A stretch of DNA of 35,537 nucleotides from Salisapilia sapeloensis CBS 127946 (taxonomy: Eukaryota; Protista; Oomycota): positions 1-35,537 of the forward strand of contig JAADVB010000203.1 in NCBI GenBank assembly GCA_023334545.1. The letters run 5' to 3'. Below, one piece after another: positions 1 through 10,426 of this stretch. Under the pieces are notes generated by a model. The model was not told the DNA's origin, searched no databases, and saw nothing but the letters and a program-made list of their open reading frames with translations. Position numbers and translations under genes: made by a program. Positions within the stretch are counted from its first letter, which is position 1. Each line of letters begins with the position of its first letter.

Positions 1-105
1 ACTACCTACTCCGGCAGACGACTCGGATCGATCTGAAGCTCCACTATGATACGACGGTTGCAAACTAAAAAGGTATGGTACAGCAGCGCGCGCCCGCGCC
101 CGCGC

Positions 106-666
106 TCAAGGAAGAAGCAGCTCCAAAGACTCTTGCATCGTCGGGTAGTTAAATGACGAGAAGTACTGGTCATTAGTCATGGGGACAAATGGAAGTGGTT
201 CCATGCCAGAGAGAAAGTGGTCGAACTCATAGGAAATTGGGGCCGAGTTTAAGAGGCTGCTGAATGAGCTCGTGGGACCAACGTTGATGTCGCTGACATT
301 GGTAGGACTCGTGCCATTCATCATCGTGGGCTTGGATGGCATGATCGAGTGCGTTGGGGATGGTGGCATGCCGACTGACTTCTCCCTGATAATGCGTCCA
401 GTAGCGTTCTGGTCGACTCGGTGTTCGAGTCGAACGAATTTCTTCTTCTGCTTTCGTAGGCCACGTTGGCGTCGATGGATCTTCTGCTGGTATTTCTGGG
501 CATGCGTTTGCACTTGCTTGATGGAGCGCGTGCCAATGAAGGCCGCGATGGATCTCCATGGTCCCCGTGGGAACATTTTCATTGCTTCCAAGAAGCGTTC
601 ATGTTCAGCTTCTTGCCAAATGCCTTTGGTCACTGGTTGAGGTGGAATAAAATCGTTGCTTGCCAT
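106..666 (-). CDS. Single-repeat Myb/SANT transcription factor, SHAQKYF class (186 aa)
   Basis: KGIWQEAEHERFLEAMKMFPRGPWRSIAAFIGTRSIKQVQTHAQKY is a Myb repeat with the THAQKY signature. It is followed by a basic patch and a Ser/Pro-rich tail. ATG start, no intron needed. Confidence 0.92.
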   Translation of the reverse strand: MASNDFIPPQPVTKGIWQEAEHERFLEAMKMFPRGPWRSIAAFIGTRSIKQVQTHAQKYQQKIHRRQRGLRKQKKKFVRLEHRVDQNATGRIIREKSVGMPPSPTHSIMPSKPTMMNGTSPTNVSDINVGPTSSFSSLLNSAPISYEFDHFLSGMEPLPFVPMTNDQYFSSFNYPTMQESLELLLP

Positions 667-687
667 ATTCGATGTTCGTATTGAGGA

Positions 688-704
688 GCAAATTCAAGAA
701 TGGG
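688..704 (-). promoter_or_regulatory. Oomycete-type Inr+FPR core promoter of the Myb gene
   Basis: The minus strand reads CCCATTCTTGAATTTGC, ending about 20 nt upstream of the ATG. This matches the YCATTYY-NNN-WTTY(GC) initiator plus flanking promoter region described for oomycetes. Confidence 0.7.
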
Positions 705-1969
705 CGTAGGTGGAGTGCGTTTTGTTTTCGTCTGACTGAACCGTAAAAGGTTGCTTGCAAGTTCCAAAACCAGCAGGATACGCGAATGCAAGTCGGATCT
801 CTCTCACAGAGCAGATATAGTCAGATTATACCGAAAGGACAATGACCAGGTGGGCGGGCTGCAGGAAGTGAAGCACGAACATGTATTGTCGCAGGAGCTT
901 ATCGAGGCGGACGGTGGCGCGCGGCCTGATGGAAACACGGAGCCTGCGACGGCATAACTTTCTCAACACAAAACTGATCCTCCCAGGCTCGGGGTTCGGT
1001 CTTGCGTCCGAGCCCAGAAATTCGTGCATGGCTATATGTGTGACGCCATCGTCTGGAACTGGAACCTTTCCTGCCACTACGATCTTCCGTCGTATGCCCG
1101 TGTCCAGCTTGCTCATGTATGACCAACTCGATTTAATTTTACAATTGGACGACAAGAATTGAATTCGCGTTCTACATCCCTAGTGCCAACTCAACGTGTG
1201 GTCTAGACAAGGTAATCACGGTGGAGACGACTCCGCATGGCCCAGCGGATAGCTGGATTTTCATTAGCTTTTTCTTGTTGGCAATACCGATGCAAATTTT
1301 GATACACGCACGTGAGTGAAGCAATGTATCCCTGCTGCTATGTCGGAAGCATATCACTTGGGATTACTTATTACGAAAAGTCGAACCGCAAATACAACTC
1401 TTCGTATCAAGACTAGTTCCCGCCACGACAGGTACGGCGCGTCTTTTAAAGCAACTGGAATGTGCGATCAAAAATCCAAGGAAGACCAGCTCACCGAAAT
1501 GGATTTCTGATGCCGACAGAGATATGTTTGTCTTTATCTCATATCTGCGTGGCTTGCGTGCCAAAATGGTTTGGTCGTTGATCTCATCCTTCATCCTGCG
1601 GTTGTCATAGACAAACGCATTGTTCTATCCCGTCCGAATGCACCCAAAAAATCTTTGCAAAGTACACGCCGAGATTTCCAGTTTGAGTCAACATTGAATC
1701 CAACTCTGTTGACGTCAGCCTGTCTGAGGTACATATTTGGCGAGAAGCGAGATGGTAGCGGGATCGCGATGGGAAGAACGGTTCGTGGAAACGTTGATAC
1801 AACTTGTGTACCCATACGATGCATTCTAAATTTACTCCGTCGGAACAAGTCGATTGAGTGCCACAGTAGACGTGCATGAAGAAACTTAATTATTAATAAA
1901 AAACGAAAGTGTAGGATGTAAATAAAGTCCAAAACCATGTTGATATATCTATTTTAGTGCTGGACATGC

Positions 1970-3657
1970 ATGATAGTCGACGAGAGCAAGTCCGCCGAGC
2001 TCCTCACCTTGTGCTATCGGTCCAGATGGCAGCAGGCGCGCCGTCTAATTGAAGAAGAAGACGATTCAGTACGTTTTCCCGCATTCCCGTGTCTTTCACG
2101 TTGTTTCGATTATCCTCTTTGATACTGACGCTTCTGCCTCGTTCTTGTGTATCCTAGTCCCACATAGCTCACGCAGTACTGCGTCAGGCTGTCGCTGACG
2201 CACGTCAAGTAAGAAAATTTTAGCATTGCTTTCGGTATCACGGCTCACGTGCGGCAACGTAGGATGTGGTCGAGTTTGTGCTCGCAAGCACTGTCGTAGA
2301 ACTCGATAGATCGTACGGCAAGGTAGTGGTCGATTCTTTCTTATTCCTTCCTGTTCTTAGTTCACAGTAGTACTCGTAGAGTCACCGGACACTACTGCAT
2401 CATGCCATCCAGGCGAAGCAGAATGTATAGCTCTTGCAAATGTTCTATATCAGCAGATTGCCGTCATGATTGTTGGTAGGGGATTGTGAAAGCTCTCATA
2501 GATGCTGGCGCGAGTCTTGAAGTGCAAGATAAGAGAAGAGTGAGACCTTCAGATCTTATGACATGGACGGATACCATCCAGCCTGCGCTAGTGGAGCCCT
2601 TGCAGCAAAACATTGCCAACTTACGGACATCAATCCAGAGCCTAAAGGATCGCACACAGTGCCTAGCGAGTTCAACCGAAACAACCGAGGAAAGAATTAT
2701 TTATGTAGATACGGTCGTGCAGCAATCGAAAGCAAATCTTGCGATCGCTATTGCGCAAAGGAAAGACATTGAATGGGATACGGAACGCTGCGCCGAACAA
2801 ACCGAATCTCTTGAAGTTGAGCTAGCCTCCGACGATCCTAGGATTGCGTGCGTGCGACAGCGTCGAAAACAGCTCCAGCTACAAGCCGATGAAGCTCACC
2901 AGAGTCTGGAGCTGTATCGAGGAAAGATCAAGTCAACTGAGGTCGAGTGCCAGCTTTTGCAGCAAAAGCAAGTTGAATTGCATCAACAACTAGAAGCGTA
3001 TAATACAAAGCTATGCACCAACTCAGAAATCGTACATGTCTTGCAGCGATTGCATCATATTGAGCCGTTGCAACTTTCGTCACTACTATACATGCATCGA
3101 TTGCTCCAAAAACCAGGTTACTATACCTTTTTGAAACTATAACAAGTGATCTTTAATTTCAATCGATAGACATCCGGCGCAAGTTGATCGCAAACGGAAT
3201 GATACTACTTGTATTAAATTCATTAAAAGCACAGCCAGAGAATCCGGATATACTAGTGAACGGATGCAATGTGTTATCGACTGTACTGAAGCTTACTCTC
3301 CACGACCAATCGAACCAAGAGCGTTGTGCTCGAGAGCCGTATTCAAGCGATATGCTCATTGAATATCTTTCCGATCGATCCTTGTCGCTAACGACACCAT
3401 CGGATGATCGCGTTATGGAAGCAACTTTAGGTTTGTGGAATAACCTGCTTGGACACCTCGACTGCATGGACATCTCTCGTCAAGGTTTGTTTCGATCTAC
3501 TCTACCTTTTCTCTCATCTTACCATTGCTCTACAGAATGCCAAGAACGCCTTACACTAGCATACACCAAATTGAAGCAGCATGATAGCTACATGAATTTA
3601 TCTCCAAACATCCAAAATTATATCATACACGGACTAGCAGCTTGCCATACACATTAA
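1970..3657 (+). CDS. Ankyrin-repeat + coiled-coil + ARM-like protein (~459 aa, 6 exons)
   Basis: Exons 1970-2068, 2158-2208, 2263-2322, 2380-2424, 2480-3116 and 3170-3657, separated by GT-AG introns of 89/54/57/55/53 nt, keep one frame. The spliced ankyrin motif reads HRTLLHHAIQAKQN-GIVKALIDAGASLEVQDKRRVRPSDL. A Gln/Glu/Leu heptad region and a helical C-terminal domain follow. The start codon is the least certain part. Confidence 0.8.
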
Positions 3658-3700
3658 GAAATGATATTGAATTCCTTCACTGTAAGGATTAGCACCTACG

Positions 3701-4423
3701 CTACGAACGAATCTTGTGCAACTGTGCCTTGTCTTTAGGAGGAGGTCCCCACACTGGTGTCTTCTTTCTTTTCATAGCCAACATCTCTTCTCTCCGTTTC
3801 GCGTTCTCCTCCATCACTCTGACTAACGACTTTCTCGTCTCGGACTGTGCTCTCGAGTTCGTTCGGAACTGAAAGTCCTTGCATACCGTTGTTTTCTTCT
3901 TTGGCACGTGTGGAACACCGAAAGGAGCACTCTCCACCTTCGTCTGCTCCCTCGTACCTGCCTCGATTTCGACATCGGCATCGTCTTTTGATGATTGGGA
4001 AGATGCTTGGCCTGATGTGAGGGCATGATAGCGTTGGTATTTACGACGAGTGGACTCAACATGTTTCTTTAACTCGGCAATTTCCAAAAGTTCTCGCGAA
4101 GTACGAGTAAGTCGGTCCACATGACGTGTCGTAGCACGCCTCTGTTGGAACTTGGGCGCTTGAGCTACTGTCAACTTACCCGTTTTGTTCTTTGCTGATC
4201 GGAAGAGTTTACGCCTCCGTTTCTCTGCTTCTTGACGCTGTGAGCGTTCTCGTGCGGATGCTGTTTGTACTTTTGAAATGGATCGAGCTTGCGATGCCTG
4301 CGTCGGCTGTAAAAGCCGAGTCGACGCATCAATCGAACGTACCTGAGCGATTGGCTTTGTTTGACCTCGGTACAGACGTGTGGAGTTGTCTGGGTCATGC
4401 TCATAGCCTGTGGAAGGTTGCAT
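3701..4423 (-). CDS. TPX2-like basic microtubule-associated protein (240 aa)
   Basis: Lys/Arg-rich protein with the motifs LTVAQAPKF and TTVCKDFQFRTNSRA, which resemble the T-x-P-x-x-F-x-F/L-x-T-x-x-R repeats of TPX2-family proteins. There is an in-frame stop upstream of the ATG and no acceptor AG nearby. Confidence 0.55.
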   Translation of the reverse strand: MQPSTGYEHDPDNSTRLYRGQTKPIAQVRSIDASTRLLQPTQASQARSISKVQTASARERSQRQEAEKRRRKLFRSAKNKTGKLTVAQAPKFQQRRATTRHVDRLTRTSRELLEIAELKKHVESTRRKYQRYHALTSGQASSQSSKDDADVEIEAGTREQTKVESAPFGVPHVPKKKTTVCKDFQFRTNSRAQSETRKSLVRVMEENAKRREEMLAMKRKKTPVWGPPPKDKAQLHKIRS

Positions 4424-5640
4424 GGCGGTTGGGAGAGTCGTGGGAAGTTTTTCGCGGGACGGTTCAAGTTTTGAATATTATGTGTTTTCATCCAATCATA
4501 AGCCTATTTTGCATTTTCAACAAATCACAAGTCTTGGTGTGTTGGTAAAATTGGTCTCAGAGATGTTGTGAAGTAGGGATTGACACTGCGTTCGTTTATA
4601 AGGATATGTGCGTAAAAGTAGAGTATTTGTTGGTGAACTTGCTTCCATTTGTCGTTCTGAAAGGTGTGAAAACTTTCGATTTTGAATTGTCAATGATGCT
4701 CGAGCTGCTCAAGATTGAAACGAATATGCTTTGTTATAAAAGACAACTGATGTCTGCCTTGACACCAATCATTTCGTAGTTCGCTCTTGTTGCAGGAAGC
4801 ATTTCTTATTTGCCGTCGAAGTAGGATATATACGAATCCTGTGGTACTCTGTACTATTGTACGGACATGCATGGCGGATTTCCCGTTTGGCCTGGCTTCT
4901 AGTCACCGTGGTCAAGCGGACTTTGTAATCCATGCTAAACTAAGTTGCGGTCGCTTATAGCTATTCGGGTCGCATCGGCAAGCTCCGTTTGTTGGTGTTT
5001 CAATACCCTGGGTAGTCGCTATACGAGCGCACATTTCATTCGAGTACATATTCTCTTTGTCAATTTATTCAGTCGTAAAGACATAGTAGATTGGTATTTT
5101 CAATTCAAACTCCCAGTGAAAAGTCAATCAAAAGCTATTTTTGTGACCGTTCCATTTACATGCTGCACATTAAAAGTCTACATTCCGCCGTGTGAGCCTT
5201 AGGAGATGCTTTAGCAATCCATCATAGAGATGTTGGTAGTGTGTATATGAATCTTACTGTGTTCAAGTCTCCAATAGATGATTTGAACGTGCGTCAAATT
5301 CTTCTGCATTCAAGCCATATCCAACGAGCACAATGGTGTAAGGTTTATAAGGCGGTTCGGTTGCCCGTAGGATTGATCGTCGTGTAAACACTATCACGAC
5401 AGCAACCAGAGACAAAGAATCAAGTAGCCATTCGGGCTAGAGATAGTATGGGCATCTGCACTTCTGAAGATCCTGTCAAGGGGCGTATCGCCTTGCTCTC
5501 GATCAGTCAACCGGACTGATTCGAAATGGTTGGCCAGCAAGGCTTGGGCGGGTCACGATGATACGCGTCCAGGATCTCATCCACCGAAGCGCCATGCCAA
5601 GAGCAACCGTCTCAAACCCAGAAAAATCGAGGGCACGCAC

Positions 5641-7378
5641 ATGAGCTCATCCCGAGTAGATCATGATGTAGTCATCGTCGGTGCTGGCGTTGCTGGCCTT
5701 CGATGTGCCAACCAACTAATTCACACTAAGTGTGTCGACGACGTACTGGTCGTGGATGCATTGGAACGCATTGGCGGGAGGATTCTCGCCGATAGAGATT
5801 TTGTCCCTGGTATGGCAATCGAAGTTGGCGCTGAACTGTTGCATGGTGCCAATACGTCCCTCACTCGACTCGCAGAGGAACAAGGTTGGAGCTTGCGTGA
5901 AGTCTTCACTTGGGCTCAGGTAATAAAGTGTTTTCATTTGTCGCATCTAATCATCAGCCACGGATCCGAACCTTCATGGTTTCTATCTCATGATCCAATG
6001 GCCTTCATATTGATGCAAAAGCAAATTGTGTTTCCTATAATTAGCATCCTTGAGCAAATAGCTTCGTGCTGTTTCCTTTGCATGCTGTCAATTTCCAGTT
6101 CTTGGATTTTGATTTTTGCATGTACCCACTCAACGGAAGTCAGTCCGGATTCACACATCTCACTACTCTTATCTTCGTACATGTATTGACTGTATTGAAC
6201 TGTAGGGTGATGGAGGTCCGTCTGCAATGGCACCGGATGGAGGAATCGGATACTACTACTTGGGTGATAAGAAGCGGTTGCTAGCGTACGATTCAAATGA
6301 TAAAGACTTTCGTCAGTTTAACGAGAGTGTCTGGGCGTTGAGTGATATTAAAGACGTCGAGTGCATATCTCCCAACAAGTCCATGAAAGATTACTTTGAT
6401 TCGCAAAATCTGTCCGGCTCGATGCTGAAGCTGGCTGATGCTGGGTATGCAAACACAGCTGGAGGAGACCTGAGCGATATCTCTCTCCGTATTACATGTC
6501 GATACGAAAGACAATGGATCGAGTTGGAAGATGAAGGTGACTACCGAATCCAACCTTCTTTCGATCGCGTCGTACGCTTCTTATCGAAAGGTGTGTCTAC
6601 TAAGCTCGGTTGGAAAGTATCCGCCATCGACTACACACATCTCGATCGGATTATCATCACGAATGAGAATGGCGACGAAATCTCATGTCGACGTCTGGTA
6701 ATCACGGTTCCAACGTCCGTTTTCCACTGCATCAACTACTCGCCTCCAATTCCGAGAACCAAGTTGGACGCCGCTGCTTCCTTTGGTATGCGTCGAGCAG
6801 CCAAAGTACTCCTGCGTTTCTCTCGTGGCTTTTGGCCTGCGGATACTCATGGAGTGATTTGCTCAGACTCGTTCATTCCAGAGTTTTGGGTCAACAGCAA
6901 TGCTGGCGTTGGTCGACTCGTGCAACGCGAAGAGCTCGAGCCACAACCGGAAGTACAGCCTGAAGATGATGTCCCTGTCAAATACCTCGTGACTGGATTC
7001 GTCGGCGCGGCGTGTGCTGATCGGCTACTTTCGATGGATCATGACAAGATCTATAGCAACTTTCTCTCTCAACTGGATGAGATCTACGGCACTCGTGCTC
7101 GACCTCATCCTGCTCGGGACAGCTTTGAGGAAGGGATGTACTTTGACTGGGGCGACGTGCCCACCATCCAAGGCGGATACAGCTACCCTCGTGTCGGTCA
7201 GGATGACGATGCTGCCGAAGAGCTCGCTTGTCCCATTGACAACCGGATCTTCTTCGCCGGTGAAGCCACTTCTTTCGAGCAACCAGGCATGTCTGTCCAT
7301 AGTGCCATGGACACTGGTACCCGAGCAGCTACGCAAGTGGCTTCGTCATTGCAATCGTACAAATGTGAACAAGAATGA
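5641..7378 (+). CDS. Flavin-containing amine oxidase (MAO/polyamine oxidase/LSD1-like oxidase domain), ~483 aa, 2 exons
   Basis: FAD-binding DVVIVGAGVAGL...LEA(L)ERIGGR-type motif, GAELLHG, and C-terminal WGDVPTIQGGYSY and RIFFAGEAT...SVHSAMDTG. Exons are 5641-5919 and 6206-7378, and the junction reads FTWAQ|GDGGP. The ATG at 5641 is preferred over the TTG at 5530. Confidence 0.9.
5920..6205 (+). other. Unusually long intron (286 nt) in the amine oxidase gene
   Basis: CAG|GTAATA donor and CTGTAG|GGT acceptor, phase 0, which restores the frame. The other introns reconstructed in this window are 48-89 nt. Confidence 0.85.
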
Positions 7379-7680
7379 AAATATACTGTGTCGAATTCTC
7401 CATGTGAATTAGTGTACTCTTACTCTCGTAGACATAAAAGAAAATTGAAAAAAGGGAAGTGGGTTGACGAATCACTTCAAATAAGAAAAAAACTTGATGC
7501 TCCCAGCGACCTATGCGAAAAGCTCAGCCTATTTATACATTCCTTCATGAGCACCGCGGTCGAGTATTAATCCGTCCAAGCGCTTCCCCACATTGTTCGC
7601 TGCAAGTCTTGTGAAATAAGAGTTTCATACGTACGTCCGAGTCGTTGTCATAATTGGCGACCGCTAGCTTCGACCAGTGT

Positions 7681-10426
7681 CTAGAAGCTAGGGCGCATGC
7701 GCTGCTCCGCGTGGCTGAGCACGTGCTTGCCGTATGTGAACCGACGAAGGTAGTCGGCGTTGTGCAGAATGATGCGGCGGATGCGCTTCGCGTCGGCTTC
7801 GTCCGACTTGTCCAGAAGCTTCTGCACCACATAGTTGCCGTACATGTGCTTCATCATCGGCAGCAGAGGGCACGTCGCGCCGATTTCGTCGCTTTCCAAA
7901 AGGTAGTCAACCACGCGATGAATTTCAGCCTTCGTGCCGAAGTCCAGACTGGCCTCCACAACGTTGCTAGCGTATTTATGGTTGCTCCACTGGCAAAAGA
8001 CTGGGTAGATGGTGTTGATGACAATGTCACGTTGATCCGGCTCGCCGTATTTGATCACATGCTGCACTACATAGTTTCCAAATTGGTCCTTGGCGAGATC
8101 CTGGCAATTGTACACGATCTCGTTCATGATCGGACGAATGCGGTTGTGGTCGCAGTGCTCCAGGATGCGTTGGATGACACGGCAGCCATACGTGTGTGTC
8201 GATAGCGCTGCTGCTTGACCAATTACGTCGTCGATAATAAACTGGACGTCATCGACTGTCACACGACGCTCCATTTCAAAAGCTTCCGGCATGCTCAGGC
8301 GGTTAGTGACCGATGCTGCTTCAATACACTTTTGCAAAACATGATTGCCATTCTGGTCCGTGATGCATTTGAGAACATGTCCTTTCAATTCTTCAATCAG
8401 CGTCAGTTGCTCCGATACGTGCGTACACTCGAGCGCTTTTTGGATGACACGGCAGCCGTACATCTGCAGCGCAAGTTCAATCATGTTGCGCTTCATAAGG
8501 CTAACAAGCATTTGCTGCTGCTTTAACGATCCATGGTCGAGGAACTTTTGGATCACATAGTTTCCAAAGAGGTCCATCATCAGCATGAGCGCACTCGGAT
8601 AGATCTCATTGAACACGCTGGCACGAGTGGTTTCATCCGCCTTTTCGAGTTTCTGCTGAATAAAGCGCGAGCCCGTTTGGTCTCTAGCAAACACCACGAG
8701 GTGACCTCGGATGTCAGCCAATTCCCACTTGTCAGTCTTGGGGGCTGCTGTGAACTCTTCTAGGAGGCTACCGGAATTGTATGAGTGCGCGATCGGGTGC
8801 ACGTACGTATATTCCGAGCGACGTGAAGATGGAGACCATGAAGAGAAGCTGTTGCTCGGTGATGGTTGCCAAGGTCTGGTGTTGGGGTCTCCGAACTCTC
8901 TAGCAGGCATAAAGTCCACATCCGATGGACGTGGAACGGGAGGTGCTGGAGGGAACGAGCGCTGATAGCCACCACGAGGAGTTCGGCCTCCAAATTGCAT
9001 CGACTGAAAGCCGACGGCACCCGACATGTCGTCAGAGTATCTTTGTGGAGCTAGATACCCACCACTACCAGGAGCTTGAGCAAACCACTGCGCTGCGCTT
9101 GCATTTGGTTGCCCACTCGCAGGCACAACGTTGCGAGGGTGAAACGCCGGTGGTGGTGCTGCAGAGTAAGGTGGGTGTACATAAGAGCTTCTGCCAGTGC
9201 TGCGCGGTGGCTGCGCACGAGCTTGTGCTGGTTTCTGATAGTCTGCTTCGTCAAAGTGAAACCGTTGGCGTGGTACCTCAAAGCTACTCGCTTCGTGCAG
9301 TCGGGGCTGATGGCCATGCATGGCACTACCCGAAAAGCGAAGACCTTCAAAATCTTCTTGAAGACACTCAATGCCCTGCGAATTGGTTTCTCCAACACTA
9401 AGTGAGTTGTAAAGACCAGTACCACTCATCCATCCATCGGACTGGAAAGATTCAAGAACCGGAGAAGGTGTTCTTGGGAAGTCTTCCTGAAGCTGGTTCA
9501 TTGACGCAAAGGAAGGTGTCGAGTGGCGCCCCGATGTCTCCATGCGGTGAGAAAATTCAGCAGAAGCAGCAACGTAATCTGGCTCTGAATGGCGCACGCG
9601 CGCCGAGTCGAACGAATGACCGAACTCGGATGCGACGGAAGGGTCACCACTATCGGAAGATCCGTGCGGGCTGACTACAGCAACACCGGCGTCCTGCTCA
9701 CCATCTTTGACAGAGCTCCAGATATCTGGCGCCGAAGCAGAGGAAGCGAAGTTGCTGGTCTTGGACACGTACTGGTCTGATGTCATCTACAAGGTTTTGC
9801 CAATAGGGCATGGCACGGTTTAGAACTATTTTTAACAGTAGAGTTGATGGATAATTTTGCACTCACCTTGACTGGTTCACGAGGACTCTGTACTTCCGGT
9901 TCTTCAGTAGGCGCTTCCGAATCCAATTGTAGTACCTAATAAACAGATGTTAATTCAACTAATGTCCTCGTAATCGGCTTCTCGTTTCGAGATAGCATCG
10001 GGCAAAGTGTACCTCTGGCTCGGCGGCCCATAGGTCACGCAGGTCCTGCGACGTCACCGCGTTGGTCGGACTGCATTTGCTTAACGCTGCACAGTCGTTG
10101 TCTTCGAGCTCGTCGGTTTGGTTTCCGCCGCGTTCTTTCGTCTCGGATTCCGCCTCGTCCTCTCTGGGCGTCGCGTTGTTGTCGCTTTCGTTTTCAGTGC
10201 TCCTTTCATCAGATTGCTGCTGTTGCCACGGCACACGCTTGAGTCCATCAGCAGACCATAACGAAGACGTGCTCGTCGGGGGAATACATCTCACCGGATC
10301 TCGCAGCTTGACGCGAGTGACTTCGATCGATCGATCTTGGAGCACAGGCTTTTCGGCCGCCTCTTGGTTTACGTTCGACGTGTACGAGAGCGCGCGCTGT
10401 GCTTGCGGGTGGAGTTCGCCTCCCAT
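7681..10426 (-). CDS. PUM: Pumilio/PUF RNA-binding protein, 8 repeats (~862 aa, 3 exons)
   Basis: The C-terminal repeats carry SRFIQ, NYVIQ, CRVIQ, NHVLQ, CRVIQ, NYVVQ, SNVVE and NYVVQ. The ORFs 9959-10426 and 7681-9786 join through exons 10426-10013, 9935-9867 and 9786-7681. The two introns are phase 0 (77 nt GTACAC..TTAG; 80 nt GTGAGT..TGTAG) and give WAAEPE|VLQLDSEAPTEEPEVQSPREPVK|MTSDQ. Confidence 0.93.

Noticed and set aside
1-70. Possible 3' end of an upstream plus-strand gene (YLLRQTTRIDLKLHYDTTVAN* or LPTPADDSDRSEAPL*)
   Set aside because: Too short to choose a frame or support a call.
3654-3701. Model extending the TPX2-like gene by a 29-nt intron to end KEFNIIS*, with its stop overlapping the neighbour's stop in TTAA
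   Set aside because: It needs an intron much shorter than any other here (minimum 48 nt) and has a weak donor. Unsupported without reads.
4171-4491. 106-aa alternative frame over the TPX2-like 5' end
   Set aside because: The minus strand is T-poor here, so stops are rare in all frames. No motif supports it.
4599-4606. U12-type 5' splice words ATATCCTT (minus strand here; also plus strand at about 30975)
   Set aside because: There is no matching TCCTTAAC branch site or exon context. A couple of such 8-mers are expected by chance in 35 kb, and the second lies inside antisense coding sequence.
5530-5640. TTG-initiated N-terminal extension of the amine oxidase
   Set aside because: Near-cognate start in a eukaryote. 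The ATG at 5641 directly precedes the FAD-binding motif, as is usual for this family.
7654-9674. Several 60-180 aa plus-strand ORFs over Pumilio, and similar shadows over the PDZ genes, RPS10, NUP93 and TOG
   Set aside because: They lie opposite well-supported genes, have no recognisable motifs, and are expected from codon bias.
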